IMG/VR virus record: IMGVR_UViG_3300045988_122718 | Coordinates: 32,001 to 96,000 of that record | Length of the DNA: 64,000 nt | Origin: a virus | Strand: one strand, 5' to 3' | Shown here: piece by piece, positions 20,178 through 31,642 of the stretch | How the letters are laid out: the number at the start of each line of letters is the position of its first letter | Numbering within the stretch: position 1 is the first letter of the stretch | The notes under the pieces: model-generated | Seen by the model: the letters and a program-made list of their open reading frames with translations, nothing else | What the model was told of the DNA's origin: nothing | Database searches by the model: none | Program-made: the position numbers and the translations under genes

Positions 20178-20421
20178 AATGGAGTTTTCAAAGAAAATAT
20201 TGATAGTTGCCGCAGTAATTAATATTGCGGTAATTATCTTTTCTTGTTACATGATGTGGAAGACATGCGACCTGTCTCCACTGGCATATTTGCTACCATC
20301 AGTCGGTGCTGAAGTTTCAGTAGGCACCGGCTTTTACTATGCAAAAGCAAAAGTAGAGAATAAGATTAAATTAATGAAGGAATATGGCGTAGAGCCAAAT
20401 GATACGAACTTTACGGAATAA
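20161..20421 (+). CDS. holin-like small membrane protein
   Basis: Two predicted TM segments (ILIVAAVINIAVIIFSCYMMW; LAYLLPSVGAEVSVGTGFYYA), located immediately after the endolysin. The start is uncertain (20161 or 20179). Confidence 0.55.
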   Translation: MKSSHKMEFSKKILIVAAVINIAVIIFSCYMMWKTCDLSPLAYLLPSVGAEVSVGTGFYYAKAKVENKIKLMKEYGVEPNDTNFTE

Positions 20422-20433
20422 GGAGGAAAAATT

Positions 20434-20766
20434 ATGGAAAAGTGGGTTGAACTTGTTGTTGCTATTTTAAGTGGTCTTGCTGCTTGCATTCCACTAGTTG
20501 TACAGTTGGTAAAGTATTGCCAGAAGGCTGTGAGAGAAAAGAACTGGAATCAGCTTTTGAAGTTGGTTATGAACCTAATGGAAGAGGCCGAAACCAAGTT
20601 TGAGACTGGAGCCGATAGAAAAGAATGGGTCATGATGATGATTAAGGCTAGTGCAGACACAATTAACTATGAGATTGACATGGACGAGATTTCTAAGTTG
20701 ATTGATTCTCTGTGTAGTATGACCAAGATTGTAAACGGAAAGACAGAAGAAGCCGCACAAGAATAA
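20434..20766 (+). CDS. holin-like protein (Holin_LLH-like)
   Basis: RBS AAGGAGGAAAA lies upstream. An N-terminal TM segment (VELVVAILSGLAACIPLVVQLV) is followed by a GADRKEWVMMMIKA segment reminiscent of the LL-H holin family. Confidence 0.55.
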   Translation: MEKWVELVVAILSGLAACIPLVVQLVKYCQKAVREKNWNQLLKLVMNLMEEAETKFETGADRKEWVMMMIKASADTINYEIDMDEISKLIDSLCSMTKIVNGKTEEAAQE

Positions 20767-20774
20767 TGATTAAA

Positions 20775-20799
20775 GGGGGAGCTTATGCTCCCCTTTTTA
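20775..20799 (+). terminator. rho-independent terminator
   Basis: GGGGAGC, loop TTAT, GCTCCCC, followed by TTTTT. Confidence 0.8.
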
Positions 20800-20890
20800 A
20801 AAGAATAAAAGGAGTTGCATTATAGGTTTGCGTAAGTTTGCAACTCGTAATGTGGGTTTACGGAAATTTATAATGACAAGGAGGAGTTAT

Positions 20891-21382
20891 ATGAGAGTAG
20901 TCGGCATAGACGCCAGCACAAATAAAACAGGCGTGAGCTTATTTATAGACAATGAATATAGCGGACATATGCTTATAGATTTACATAAGATTAAAGATTC
21001 AAATATACGTGTACCAAAGATGATGCAAGAGATAAAAAATATTTTAGATTATTATAAGCCAGATATTATTGTTATGGAAGAATGTCTGTTAAAAACTAAT
21101 ATTGCAACAGTTAAGCTCTTGTCTTATTTGGCAGGAGCTATTATTTCGTGGGCGGCAGATAATCAGGTGGAATTTAGGTTTCAGTTACCATCGGAGTGGC
21201 GCAAACGAGTGAAGATTGTGCAAGGTCCAAAGACGCCAAGGGAAAAGCTAAAGCAAGAGGCAATTGATATGGTTAAGGAGAAATTTGGTATTGATGTTAC
21301 CGATGATGAGGCCGAGGCCGTGCTAATCGCACATAGCGCGTTCTGTGGTGTGAAATCAAAAGATATTGACATTGAAAACTAA
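20891..21382 (+). CDS. RuvC-like Holliday junction resolvase
   Basis: AAGGAGGAG is followed by ATG at 20891, giving MRVVGIDASTNKTGV (first catalytic Asp). Further motifs are DIIVMEE and DDEAEAVLIAH. The track start at 20828 lacks an RBS. Confidence 0.7.
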   Translation: MRVVGIDASTNKTGVSLFIDNEYSGHMLIDLHKIKDSNIRVPKMMQEIKNILDYYKPDIIVMEECLLKTNIATVKLLSYLAGAIISWAADNQVEFRFQLPSEWRKRVKIVQGPKTPREKLKQEAIDMVKEKFGIDVTDDEAEAVLIAHSAFCGVKSKDIDIEN

Positions 21383-21431
21383 CGACTAAGGTCGGTTTAT
21401 ATAAAATTTTATTTACATGGAGGAGTTATTT

Positions 21432-21989
21432 ATGAAGATTAAGGAATTTTTAGATGTAGTTAATGCTAACAAAGCAAAATTGTACAACAAAGCAAACAAA
21501 AATGCTTTGTCTGATTTTATTAAACAAACATTGAATGTAAAAGAATATTTACCAATTATAGATAAGCATCATCTTGCCAAGAGAGTTATTGATGCTTGCA
21601 CATTTGAAGAGAATGGAGTAATCAAGGTTGATTCATTCCAGAAGTATTTCTTATTTACCATTAATGTGCTACAGATGTATACGGATTTAGAGTTTGATGT
21701 AGAGGGAGATATTTATGGTGAATATGATGAACTTTGTGCATGTGGTTTGTTAGATGAAATTCTTGGAACATTTAACGAGGATTATGAACGTGCAAATACG
21801 GTGTTAAATATGATTTATGCAGACATGATTGAAAACAATAATAGTATTGCAAATCTTATAGGAAGCGCAATGAGTAGCGTGTCTGCTAGTGCAGATAATT
21901 TAATTCATAGTCTTTCTGAAAAAATTTCAGAAATGAATACTGATATTAGCAATGAAGATATTGTTAAGTTACAAAATTTCCTGAAGTGA
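21432..21989 (+). CDS. hypothetical protein (in the position of a tail assembly chaperone)
   Basis: GGAGGAG is followed by ATG at 21432. The track ATG at 21417 overlaps the RBS itself. The gene sits upstream of the tape measure gene. Confidence 0.5.
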   Translation: MKIKEFLDVVNANKAKLYNKANKNALSDFIKQTLNVKEYLPIIDKHHLAKRVIDACTFEENGVIKVDSFQKYFLFTINVLQMYTDLEFDVEGDIYGEYDELCACGLLDEILGTFNEDYERANTVLNMIYADMIENNNSIANLIGSAMSSVSASADNLIHSLSEKISEMNTDISNEDIVKLQNFLK

Positions 21990-22000
21990 GGTGATTGTGT

Positions 22001-22495
22001 ATGGATGCAGCTATAAAAAAACTCATCGATCAAATGCGAAAAGACACTCAGGAAAATATTCGTAGGATTATGAGAGAAGCGGCGCAACAAGCCAGAAAAG
22101 ATTTTGAAAAAGAAGCAAAACATTACATTGATAAATATTATTCTGAATGTGATCCATGGCCAGATTACAAAAGAACGTACACGCTTCGTGATTATGGTTA
22201 CAGTCCATACACATTATGGAACAAAAATAAAGTGCAAGCGGGAGTGCGTTTTACCGATAGAAATGCAGATTTCTCGTCTAGATATGGAAGAGATATTGAC
22301 CCCGATAATGGTTGGGGAACTGGAATCGGCGGAATTGTTATGAGTAATCTTATTGTTGGTTCACATGGACGACCAGAATTAAGTGGAACTGTTAAGGGGG
22401 ATCCTATTGGAGAAAGAATGGAAGATTTTGAAAGATTGTATGCATATAAAATGGATGCATATTTTACTTCACAGGGTCTTACTAGAATAATTTGA
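22001..22495 (+). CDS. hypothetical protein (in the position of a tail assembly chaperone)
   Basis: GAGGTGA is followed by ATG at 22001. It lies immediately upstream of the tape measure gene. I saw no slippery heptamer. Confidence 0.5.
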   Translation: MDAAIKKLIDQMRKDTQENIRRIMREAAQQARKDFEKEAKHYIDKYYSECDPWPDYKRTYTLRDYGYSPYTLWNKNKVQAGVRFTDRNADFSSRYGRDIDPDNGWGTGIGGIVMSNLIVGSHGRPELSGTVKGDPIGERMEDFERLYAYKMDAYFTSQGLTRII

Positions 22496-22506
22496 GGTGA
22501 TATATT

Positions 22507-25500
22507 ATGGGTAAAAGAGGTCCTAGCGCACAGTATGCATATGGAATTACCATTGAAGCTGGTAATTATAACGAAGTAATAAATGGCTTTGAAAAAAGAT
22601 TAAAAAATTTAGATAAGGTTACGGCTACTACAACTAAGACTTTTGCGGCTTTAAGTGAAGCAATGAAGTCTGGTAAGCAGGTTGATTTTAGTAAGGCAGA
22701 AGGTCAACTTACTGGTCTTGTTGCAGAAATGGAAGAAGTCGCTAAGTGGAGAGAACAGTTGGCCGGTGGGCAGAAGCTAAGTGATATGTTTGATGGACTT
22801 GACCAAGTAAAACAGGGTTTAGGACAAATCACAAGTCAAATGGATAAGTTTGGCGATAATATTGAGGAAATTTTTAGTATTCTACAAAATGTTCCTCAGA
22901 ATACATCTAAGACATTTGTTGATGTAAGAAAAGTTCTTCAAAAACAAGCTTCTGAAATGAATGCAATCATTAAGGAACTTAATAACCCAACTGAAAAAAC
23001 AGATATTTCTGGATTGAAGAAACAATTATCTAGTCTTGCTACAGATTTTGTAAATGAGTGGAACAAGGCTGCATCTCAAGGTGTTAAGATGGATCAAGTG
23101 GTCGATTTTAAGCCATTTGCAAATATAATAAAAACGGCTATAAATGGTGCAAGAAGCCTTGGCACCGAGTTTAATGATGTTTCAGCGTCTGTAACAGAAG
23201 CTACGAAAAATGTTGTTGCATTATATAATGTCAAACACCCTACTGGTATGTTTAAAGATTTAACTTCTGGATTATCTAGTGTTGAATCACAAGCAAAAAG
23301 GACTGAACAAGCCGCTAGTAAGGCTGTTGCATCTTTTAAGGCTACCATTGGCATTGTTGATAAACTTAATAAGTCTGATATGGGTCTTTCGAAGAATAGT
23401 AAAGAAATGGAAGAGTTTTTGGCAAAACTTCAGAATCCAGAGATTACTGTTAAAATTAATAAGAAAGATCCAGATAATGTTATTGATACATTTTATGCAT
23501 TACAAGATAAAGTTGACGAACTTGCTGGAGGAAGCGTTCTCAATCTCACACAAGATTTTTTTAAAGATATCCCAGTTGAAAAGCTAAAAGAATTGGGCGA
23601 CGCTTTGCAAAATATTATTGCAATAGGAAATCATAAAGATTATAAAAAGATACTTAATTTTGGTGATGATGTATTTGGTACAGGTCATTTTAGTGGCCAA
23701 ATAAAAGGATATTCATCAGATTTAGAACAAGTTATGACAGAACTTGAATCAAGATTGAATGAAGCCAAACAATCTGTCCAAGATTTATCAAATACCCTAC
23801 AACAAATGGTTGAAAAAGCAGGCTTAAAGGAAATAAAGGTTGAGCTTGGAATAAAAGACGATATTAATTATTATGTTGAAAAGATTAATAGTGTCATTAC
23901 TGATATAGAAAAACAGGCCAATAGAATAAAAAAGATTCCTGTAACATTAGCATTTGATGATAAAAAAGACGATAAAAATAAAGAAAACGCAGAAGCATTA
24001 AAAAATAAGTTGACCGATCTTAAGGAGGCAATACATAAATCAAGAACCGAAATTGAAGGGGATTTAAGAGGCATTAAGGAAGCCGTAAATGGAATTTTTA
24101 AATCAAGTTCTAATTCTGCTGCAGAAAACTTATTTAATAGTATTCAAAATTACTTTGATGTTTCTGATGGTATAGATGTTTATATTAATGATGAAGCCTT
24201 AATTAAGAAGATCGAAGACGTTTTAACTGGTCATCAATTTAATATAAATATCAATCCAAATGTTAATGGCAATACAATTCCAATAAATGGAAGCTTTGTT
24301 GGGGTTGGAGGCAAAAGTGGCAATAGTTCAGTCGCACCCGTTGTTCCTGTTGCTCAAACTTCTGAATCTCAAGCTTTACAAGAAAAAGCGCTTAAACATA
24401 CTGCGGAGTCAAGTGAAAAAGCAGCAGAACATAATGATACAACATCTTTATACATCGAAAAGGCATCTGGAGAATTCCTAAAATTTATTCAGAGTTTTAA
24501 TAGATCGTTTAATACTGCAAATAAAAAATTGACAGATGCAAACGTTACGATAGCCAATGGCGGTCAAGTTGATGAAAGAAGACTTAGGTCTATGACCACT
24601 AGAGTATCCAATCTTTCTCCAATGTATGAGTATTTGTCTAAATTATTTAATCAAACAGATTTAGCCAAAATTTCAAAAAACGATATCAAAAATATAATTA
24701 CAGAACTTATTAAGAAAAATGAAGGTAAATCTGGTTTCAAAGGAGAAACATTTTTAGATGATATTTTAAGTCAGGGTAAGATTGGCAAGAGTCTTACTGC
24801 AAAATTAACAACATTTGCTGGCAAAGATAAAACCGTTGATATGCTTTTTAAATCACTTGGCCTAGAATCAATAGATAAAGTTATTGCCGGACGTAGAGAT
24901 GATTTATCAAAGGATAATGGACAGAATCTGCTAAAATATTATCAAAAATACGGAAAAATTGGAGACCTAGTAGACCAAATTGTTGGATTTATGTATGCAG
25001 ATAAAAAATCTGGAATGGATAAGGTTGATATAGATTCGACTGTTGGTTCTCTCGAAGACTCTTTGAAGAAATTAAAGGATGCATTTCCTGATATTAGTTC
25101 AAAAGCAAAGACAAAAGAACAAAAAATATCAGTAAAAACAATAGAAGAAACGATTGATAGTTTAACTACTTTAATAGGTGATTATAAATCAACATTATCT
25201 GAAACTGGTGGAATTCCAAGTGAAGAAAATATTTATACACATATACAAAATGGGTTTTCCAGATTATTTGAAACTATTTCTAATGATGAAAAGGATTCTA
25301 TTATAAAATCCTTTTATGGGAAAGATCCAACAAAAGATGCAATTAAGTCTGAATATATTTCATCTCTCAAGGATGTTATTCAAACAGTTTCTGGAAATGA
25401 TGAAACTGCAGGAGTAGTAAATGTTTTAACATCGTGGCTAGATAGGCTTGATTTAAGAAACCAGGTTTTAATTTCTGTAGAAGATTTACAAAAACAATTG

Positions 25501-28500
25501 ATTAATTCAAAAGTTTCTAGAAGTATAGATGGAAGAAGAGAAGTTTCTGTACGAAGCCTAGTTAATGATGTTCTTAAACAATTAGATGCAGATATTGTAT
25601 ATGAAACAAAGAATGGCACAGAAAAAACAGAAAGCGTTCATTATGGTCTTGGAAGAGGAAATAGTTCTAGAAAAAAGAGAGATTTGTTAAACAAGGTTAC
25701 GAGTGATGGTATTTATATATCTCATAAAACTCAATTTTATGATAAAAATAACAAGAGACCAACTCAGGCACAATCTCGTGTCGATTTAAATGGTTTAACT
25801 AAAAATAGCAATATAGATTGGGAAAAAAGAATAGCAGAATCTGAGAAAGTTATTCAAGAAAAAACGAAAGCACTTGAAGAAGCTAAAAAAGTTAGAGATG
25901 AAAAGTTGGCGGACATAGCAAAGAGAGAAGAGTCTGTAGGTACTACTCTTGACAAGGCTCAAAAAGAATTAGAAGCTGCAAAAGCCAATTTAGATGAAGT
26001 TACATATTCTGCATCAAGCCTAGTAGATTCTAGTGCAATTTCTTCTTTAAATGAAGAATATAAGAAGCAGACAAAAATATATGATTCTATGAAGAATTAT
26101 GCACAGAAAAATATTGCTTCTAGTGATTTAATGAAAGATAAAGACATCTCATTAGAGTTTAAAACTTTAATGAGCCAAAAAGAACAAATTATCCAAAGAA
26201 TGTCTCTTATAAAAAAAGAGGTATTTTCTTTTAAAACAATTGAGGAGATGTCTCCTGAAAGATTAGATGCTGTTATATCTCAAAACGAACAAGAAGAAGC
26301 TAAACTTAATGATGAAATTTCAAGAATTAGCAATGAGTTATCTGAAATATCTAATGCAGATAAAGAATCTTTAATTAAATCATTAAATAGTCAGATTGAG
26401 CAAAAGAAACAAGAAAGAAAAATATATGCAGATAGACTAAAAGATTTGAAAAATGCATCTGATAATGGAGATACTGAAGCACAAAAAGAGTCCGAGGATT
26501 TGAAAAAAAAGATATCTGCATTAAATGAACAAATTAATAGTTTATCAAATAAATCGGATATTGTGAACAAAAATGGTTCACCTTTAAAACAGGCATTGTC
26601 TGAGAAACAAAAAGAACTTAATATCATACAAGGGTATTTAAAGAAACAAAGAGAAGTAAGAAAAAAAGGAAAAGTTTCTTCTGATTTGGAATCACGATAT
26701 AAAGAAGAAGAACAAAATTTACAGAATGTAACAACAGAAATTAATACATTAATTGATAAACAAGCAGATGAAATTAATTCTATTTCCATAAATAAAATGA
26801 AGGAGATTGCTTCTCAGTATAAAAAAATTAAGAAGACATTGCCAGGTTTAAACAAAGAACTTAAAAAGCAAAAAAAAGGAACTATTGAATATGATAAAAT
26901 ATGGGAGCAAATTAACTCAATAAAGACATATATGAATTCAATGTTTGATGAATTTGAAAGCATTGGAAGACAAATCGGTCTTGACGATGATAGTATGCAC
27001 TCAATATTTTCTAGCTCTAAAAAATCTTATTTCAAGAAACAAAAAGTAGGCACGTCTATTACAGAAAAATATAAAGAAGAAATAAGAAAGAAGAAACAGG
27101 ATTATGGCTTCGCAAGTAGTGATAAAAAATCCTTAGAAGAAGAAAGAACTGAAGCAGAAAAAATAATTGCCGTAATAGAAAGAGAAATTAAGGCGGAAAA
27201 AAGAAGAAAAGAACTAGCACAAGCTAATATAGAATATACAAAGAAAAAAGCCGAAGAATATGATATTATACAAGAAATTTCTAAATTAGAAAACAATCCG
27301 GCTTCTGTTGATTTGTTAAATCAGAAAAGACAAGAATTATCTGTCATCGGAGAAGAATTAAAAAATATACAGCTTAAGATTATAGATCTTGGTGGGTCTA
27401 AACCAATTGGGGCGCTTGACGATACTCTTGCACCGGAACAGAAAAAAGTAGAAGTATTAAAAACGATTAAGATTCTTCAAGAAAAAATAATAAATAATCA
27501 GGCAAGAATAGATAGTGCAGAACAATCTATTAAAACTACTAAGGCATTAACGGTTGATAAAAATAATGGCGGTATTGTTAGTTTATCAGGAAGAAGAACA
27601 GCAAAAACCCAAGAGATAATGAGTGGGTTTATAGGAGCTTATACTGCGACAGATGATTATAAGAGTAAGGTTGCTGCAGAAAGAGATAAATTTGAAAGTA
27701 GTCTTTCCAATGTATATAGAACTATGTCTTCTAATATTGCTAAGAAACTTACTTCTCTTATTGAAGAGAATATGGGAAGTGTTGTTGAAAAGAAATATGG
27801 AGAAAATGGAGTAAAAGCTCATAAACAATCTTTTGATTTAGCAATGCAGAATCTAGTCGAGAAAACAGAAGAAAGACTGTCAAAAAGAATTAATAAAATA
27901 TATGATGAATATTTTGAATATGTTGCGAGTATAGAGTCTTCTGATTTATCAGAGACAGATAAGAAAAAAAAGATAGATATAGCAACTGCAGAAATGAAGT
28001 CGAAAACAAGTGCAGATTCGCAAAAAAGAACATTTAATGAGATTTTTAACAATGAGGCTTCTAAATTTTTGGATAATTACTATAAATATTTATCTTGGCT
28101 TATTGAACAAACAACAGGGGAAAGTATTGATGTTAAAAGTTTAAGAAAAGAGCAAGGTAATATAAAGAGTTCTGACATAACAAAAATATATGACCAATAT
28201 TCCGCCGAAGCTGAATCCACGAGAGCAAATTTAGAAAAAAAACAAAAAGAAAATATAGATGCAATTTTAAGAGATTATATTAAATCTATTAAAAAAGTAG
28301 AGCCTATATTAGATGGCATTAATCCAGATTTACCTGATGATATTATATTTGAAGATGCTATTGGAAATCGTGTTAATGTAACTAAAAACGAGAGAAATCG
28401 TAATGAGTCTGCTAAACAAAGGATTAAGGCTTTAAAGGGAGAAAATGCTTCATACATAAAGAAAATCCAAGATTGGATGTCACAATATGATATTTCTGAT

Positions 28501-31500
28501 TTAGAATTAGAAATGATAGATGATGCTATTAAACTCGCTATGGATCCAACAGATAAAAATTTACAAATCCTTTTTGGCAAATTTGATCCGAATAAAGTTG
28601 ACACTACTCCAATTGAAGAAGCTACTACAAGTATTGCCAATCAGACTATACAAGCAGCGGCTGAAACTGCTAAGAAGGCTGCTGATAGTAAACTTTCTGC
28701 AACAATAAATGCCACATCTATAGAACAATCCAAAGAAAAACAGACTGTTGTTGACAATAACACACTTCAAATAGAACAACAAGTTACTGCTGAAAAGCAA
28801 AAGCAAACAGCAGAAGAAGTTAAGCAGACTGCTGAACAACAGAAACAAGTAGAATTAAGTAATGCAGAAAGGCTAAAACTCGCTAAAAAGGAACTTCAAA
28901 AACGTTTGGATGCTGCTAAGAGTATACAAGATGGCACAACGTTAAAAAGCAATAAAGTTATTGTTACGCATTCTGATGAATCAAAAAAAGGTGTAAAGTA
29001 CTCATTAGACGAAAATATTGAATCAATAGATGAATTTGCCGAAGGAGTATGGAAACTGACAGAGGCGTTTAAGGCTGGAACAGACGCTGCAAATATTGAA
29101 TATGGTTTTGCGACACAAAATGGTAAGCGTATTCAGTTGGCAAAAGGCGATAATGATTCTGTAGACTTTACAAGATTCCATGGAGATATTGATTCTTTAA
29201 CTCACTCACATTCGTACACTAAAGGTGTAAACAATATGGTCTTCTCATTGGCGGATATTGACCAATTAGAGACATTGGGTACTAGAAATAATCTAAAAAA
29301 ATATAATTTGATTTACGACAATGAAATGATGTCGTTAAATCTTGGCAAAAACAGCCAAGAAGCAGCAGAAGCTATTGCAGATTGTTATCCACAAATTAAT
29401 GATGTTGTAATGGCTATGCTATCAAGGGCCGATGGTAATAGTATCCCCGCTGAAAATACAGAAGAAATGGCTCGTATACTTAATGGGTATATACAAAGAG
29501 TCCTTGAGGATGCTGGCGGTCGTTTATCGGTTGTTAATTCCAAAGGTGAAAATGTCACTTCTAAATATTCTATTACCGATGATGAGTATAACAAATTTAA
29601 TAATGTTCTTGCCAAATTCCAGAGTTATTATGACAATAATTTTGGTTCAGTCAGTAAATCTGATTATGTATCAGTAATTAGACAGTATTTGTCAGAAGAG
29701 TTCGGTAAAGAATTCATGGCAAATATTACAAGTAAGAGCAATGCTAATCCTCATGGTGGACTTTATACAGAATTTTCAGCAATTCCAGAATACGACGATG
29801 AAGACAAAAAGATGCTAGACTATGCAGAACAAGTTACTTTATATAGTAAAAAAATTGTTGCTGCAGAAAAGGCTTTTGTTGAATCTCTTCAAAAGATGTC
29901 CAACGAAGACCTTATGTCATTCATTAATCAAGCCGAGGAAACACTTGGAGTAAAGAAGGAGCCAGAAGTTAAGCCTACTTTAACTAAGGCACAAATTGCT
30001 GCTTTAAATCCAGATGATACTTCTGTTTTACAAAAGTCTGTCATTAAACAATTTTCAAAGGCACGTAATTGGAACGAGAATAATGTTGGAAATATTGAGG
30101 AGAAGTTAGGAGCAGACAACAAAGCTCTGATTGCATATAAGACGCAATTTGAAGAATTAGCAAAAATTGCTCTTGACCTAAAGACAAAGGGTGAAGCTGG
30201 TACTATCATAACCAAGGATGATATTTCTCAGTTAGATGAGGCTATTGCTAAGACTAAAGAATTACAATCCGAACTTACAAAAGAAGCTCAATTTAAACAG
30301 ATGAAAGATGCTGGTTTGATTGTAAGTGGTAAAACAAAAATAAAGTCTACTGATAGCTACAGCGAACGCAAAGACATAATGTCTCAATATGCCAAAAAGT
30401 ATGCTACTCAAAATAAGAGTGAATATCAATTTGATCAATACGATTTTATTAATGATAAGATATTCTTTAACATGATTGATAGTGCGGGCCAGGTAACTAA
30501 AGTTATTATGGGCTGGAGTGAAGCATTTAATTCTGCATATATTCAATCTTCAAAGCTGCAAGGTTCTTTAGATAAAATTACACAAGAGGTTTACAAGACA
30601 GATGAGGCAATTAAAGCAGGAGAAGAATATGGTTTCTTCCAAGAACAAAGTGAAGGAGTAAAAGCTTACAAAGATGCTTTAGCAGAATACGAAGCACAAG
30701 TAAAAGCTGTTGCTAAGAGTTCCCAAAAAGATTTAGCACAAAACTTTGAAGCGTTACATACGGCACAAGAAAAAGTAATAAATGCTGGTAAGGATTTATT
30801 AGACAAACAAAAGGATGCCTACGGATTCAATAACGCTCAGAAGGTCATTGGTAGAACTGGAGATGTCGATGCTGTTTTGCAGAATTATAGAGATCAAGGC
30901 ATAAATGTTAATGACATTGAACTTGTTCGTAATTATAACGATGCAATGGGCGATTTAAACAAAAAAATTGAAGAACTGAAGAAAAACGGTAAACTTTGGG
31001 ATGCCAATGAACAACCTGGACTAAAGCTTTTAGCTGATCGTGCTATCGAAGCAGAAAAAGCACTATTAAAAGCAGATGAAGCACAAAGACAGTTAAACGG
31101 AGAAGTAATTAAAGGAAAAAATGCAAAATTCTTTGAGGGCATTGATCCTAATAATGTAGATCAAGTAAAACAGGCAATGGAGCAATATGCTAGGTCTATT
31201 AATGGTGTAGATGCTCAAAGTATTAAATGGAGTGAAGACCAAAAGACTCTTTCTTATAGTGTTAGAACTGGTAAACGCGAAGTTTCTGACTTTACAATTG
31301 GAGTAAAAGAACTTACAAATGAGTTCTATGAGGCAAGAACTGGTACTAGGGCTGTTAAAACAGGAATGGAAGAATTCCTTGGTAGTATTGGTGACAAGTT
31401 CAAAGAAGTTGGTCGTTATCTATTATCCTTCGGTAGTTTTTATCGTGTATGGGGTGAAATTCAAAAGGGTGTAACTTATGTTAGAGAGATAGATTCTGCT

Positions 31501-31642
31501 TTAACGGAACTGAAGAAAGTTACTGATGAGACCGATGCAACATATGCACAATTTTTAAAAACAATGTCTAAAACCGGTGCCGAGGTTGGAGCCACAGTGA
31601 AAGATTTAACAAATATGGCTGCAAACTGGGCGCGCCTAGGGT
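22507..31642 (+). CDS. tail tape measure protein, exon 1 (giant coiled-coil N-terminal part)
   Basis: RBS GAGGTGA lies upstream. About 3045 codons are K/E/Q-rich and coiled-coil-like. The exon ends in ...EVGATVKDLTNMAANWARLG, which is the start of the TP901-family TMP core motif. The proposed 5' splice site follows U31642. The unspliced frame stops 13 codons later at 31680. Confidence 0.7.

Noticed and set aside
22104-22343. ORF 22104..22343 as a -1 frameshift (G/GT-type) extension of the tail chaperone.
   Set aside because: I saw no slippery heptamer at the frame junction. The alternative-frame ORF lies inside the 22001..22495 gene rather than extending beyond it, unlike canonical gpG/gpGT.
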